Part shown: positions 63,711-64,000 of the stretch, one piece after another
Numbering within the stretch: the stretch's first letter is position 1
Layout: every line of letters begins with the position of its first letter
Virus record (IMG/VR): IMGVR_UViG_3300041955_000531
DNA from: a virus
Reading direction: 5' to 3' (one strand)
Length of the DNA stretch: 64,000 nucleotides
The notes under the pieces: generated by a model
What the model saw: only the letters and a program-made list of their open reading frames with translations
Told to the model about the DNA's origin: nothing
The model's database searches: none
Translations under genes and position numbers: made by a program

Positions 63711-64000
63711 GACCGCTCTTCACAGCAAAAGATAGGTTTCGACCATGATACTTGTCCTTTCTGCCGCTGAACGTCTTAGCTGGTTGTATAGCGTCTTCAT
63801 ATAAAGCCCAATCAATAGTGATGGGCAACATCGGATCCTTCAAATCCCAAATCTTGAACTCCCAGTCAGAATGCTTTGGCTTCCAACATCCAATCGTATA
63901 CTTGGCATCCTTAAGACCATCAACTTTGATAGGTCCGGTGCCAAGATTACTGTATGCCTTCTCAGACGACCAGAAGTATTGTGTCTCATTCGGTCGCACG
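63661..64000 (-). CDS. Hypothetical protein, possibly 5' truncated
   Basis: Frame open to the window end. Confidence 0.45.
   Translation of the reverse strand, partial: VRPNETQYFWSSEKAYSNLGTGPIKVDGLKDAKYTIGCWKPKHSDWEFKIWDLKDPMLPITIDWALYEDAIQPAKTFSGRKDKYHGRNLSFAVKSGHDFAASVAEATSDQTK

Overview
A 64-kb segment of a large tailed dsDNA bacteriophage genome (about 50% GC, standard genetic code). 1-13.6 kb (+): virion baseplate and tail-fibre genes. 13.6-64 kb (almost all -): a tmRNA, glycosyl- and pyruvyl-transferases, an array of about 25 tRNAs mixed with HNH endonucleases, tRNA-like RNAs and other structured RNAs, then a sigma-like factor, RuvC, primase-helicase, class II RNR, ThyX, dCMP deaminase, RecA, a Cas4-like nuclease, Tmk, dUTPase and a Ycf46-type AAA/DUF2997/DUF1257 module. 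Three observations stand out. (1) Five free-standing endonuclease genes each sit at a broken target (tmk, a pth-like gene, tRNA-Ala, tRNA-Asp, a bidirectional terminator) and carry a diverged or synonymously recoded replacement of it, with the stub of the original still visible. (2) Six otherwise intact tRNAs have C instead of the near-invariant U33. (3) Several tRNA-shaped RNAs have a greatly expanded T arm, D loop or variable region, and there are two long unexplained structured intergenic regions. All calls come from manual reading and motif recognition; no database searches or folding programs were run.
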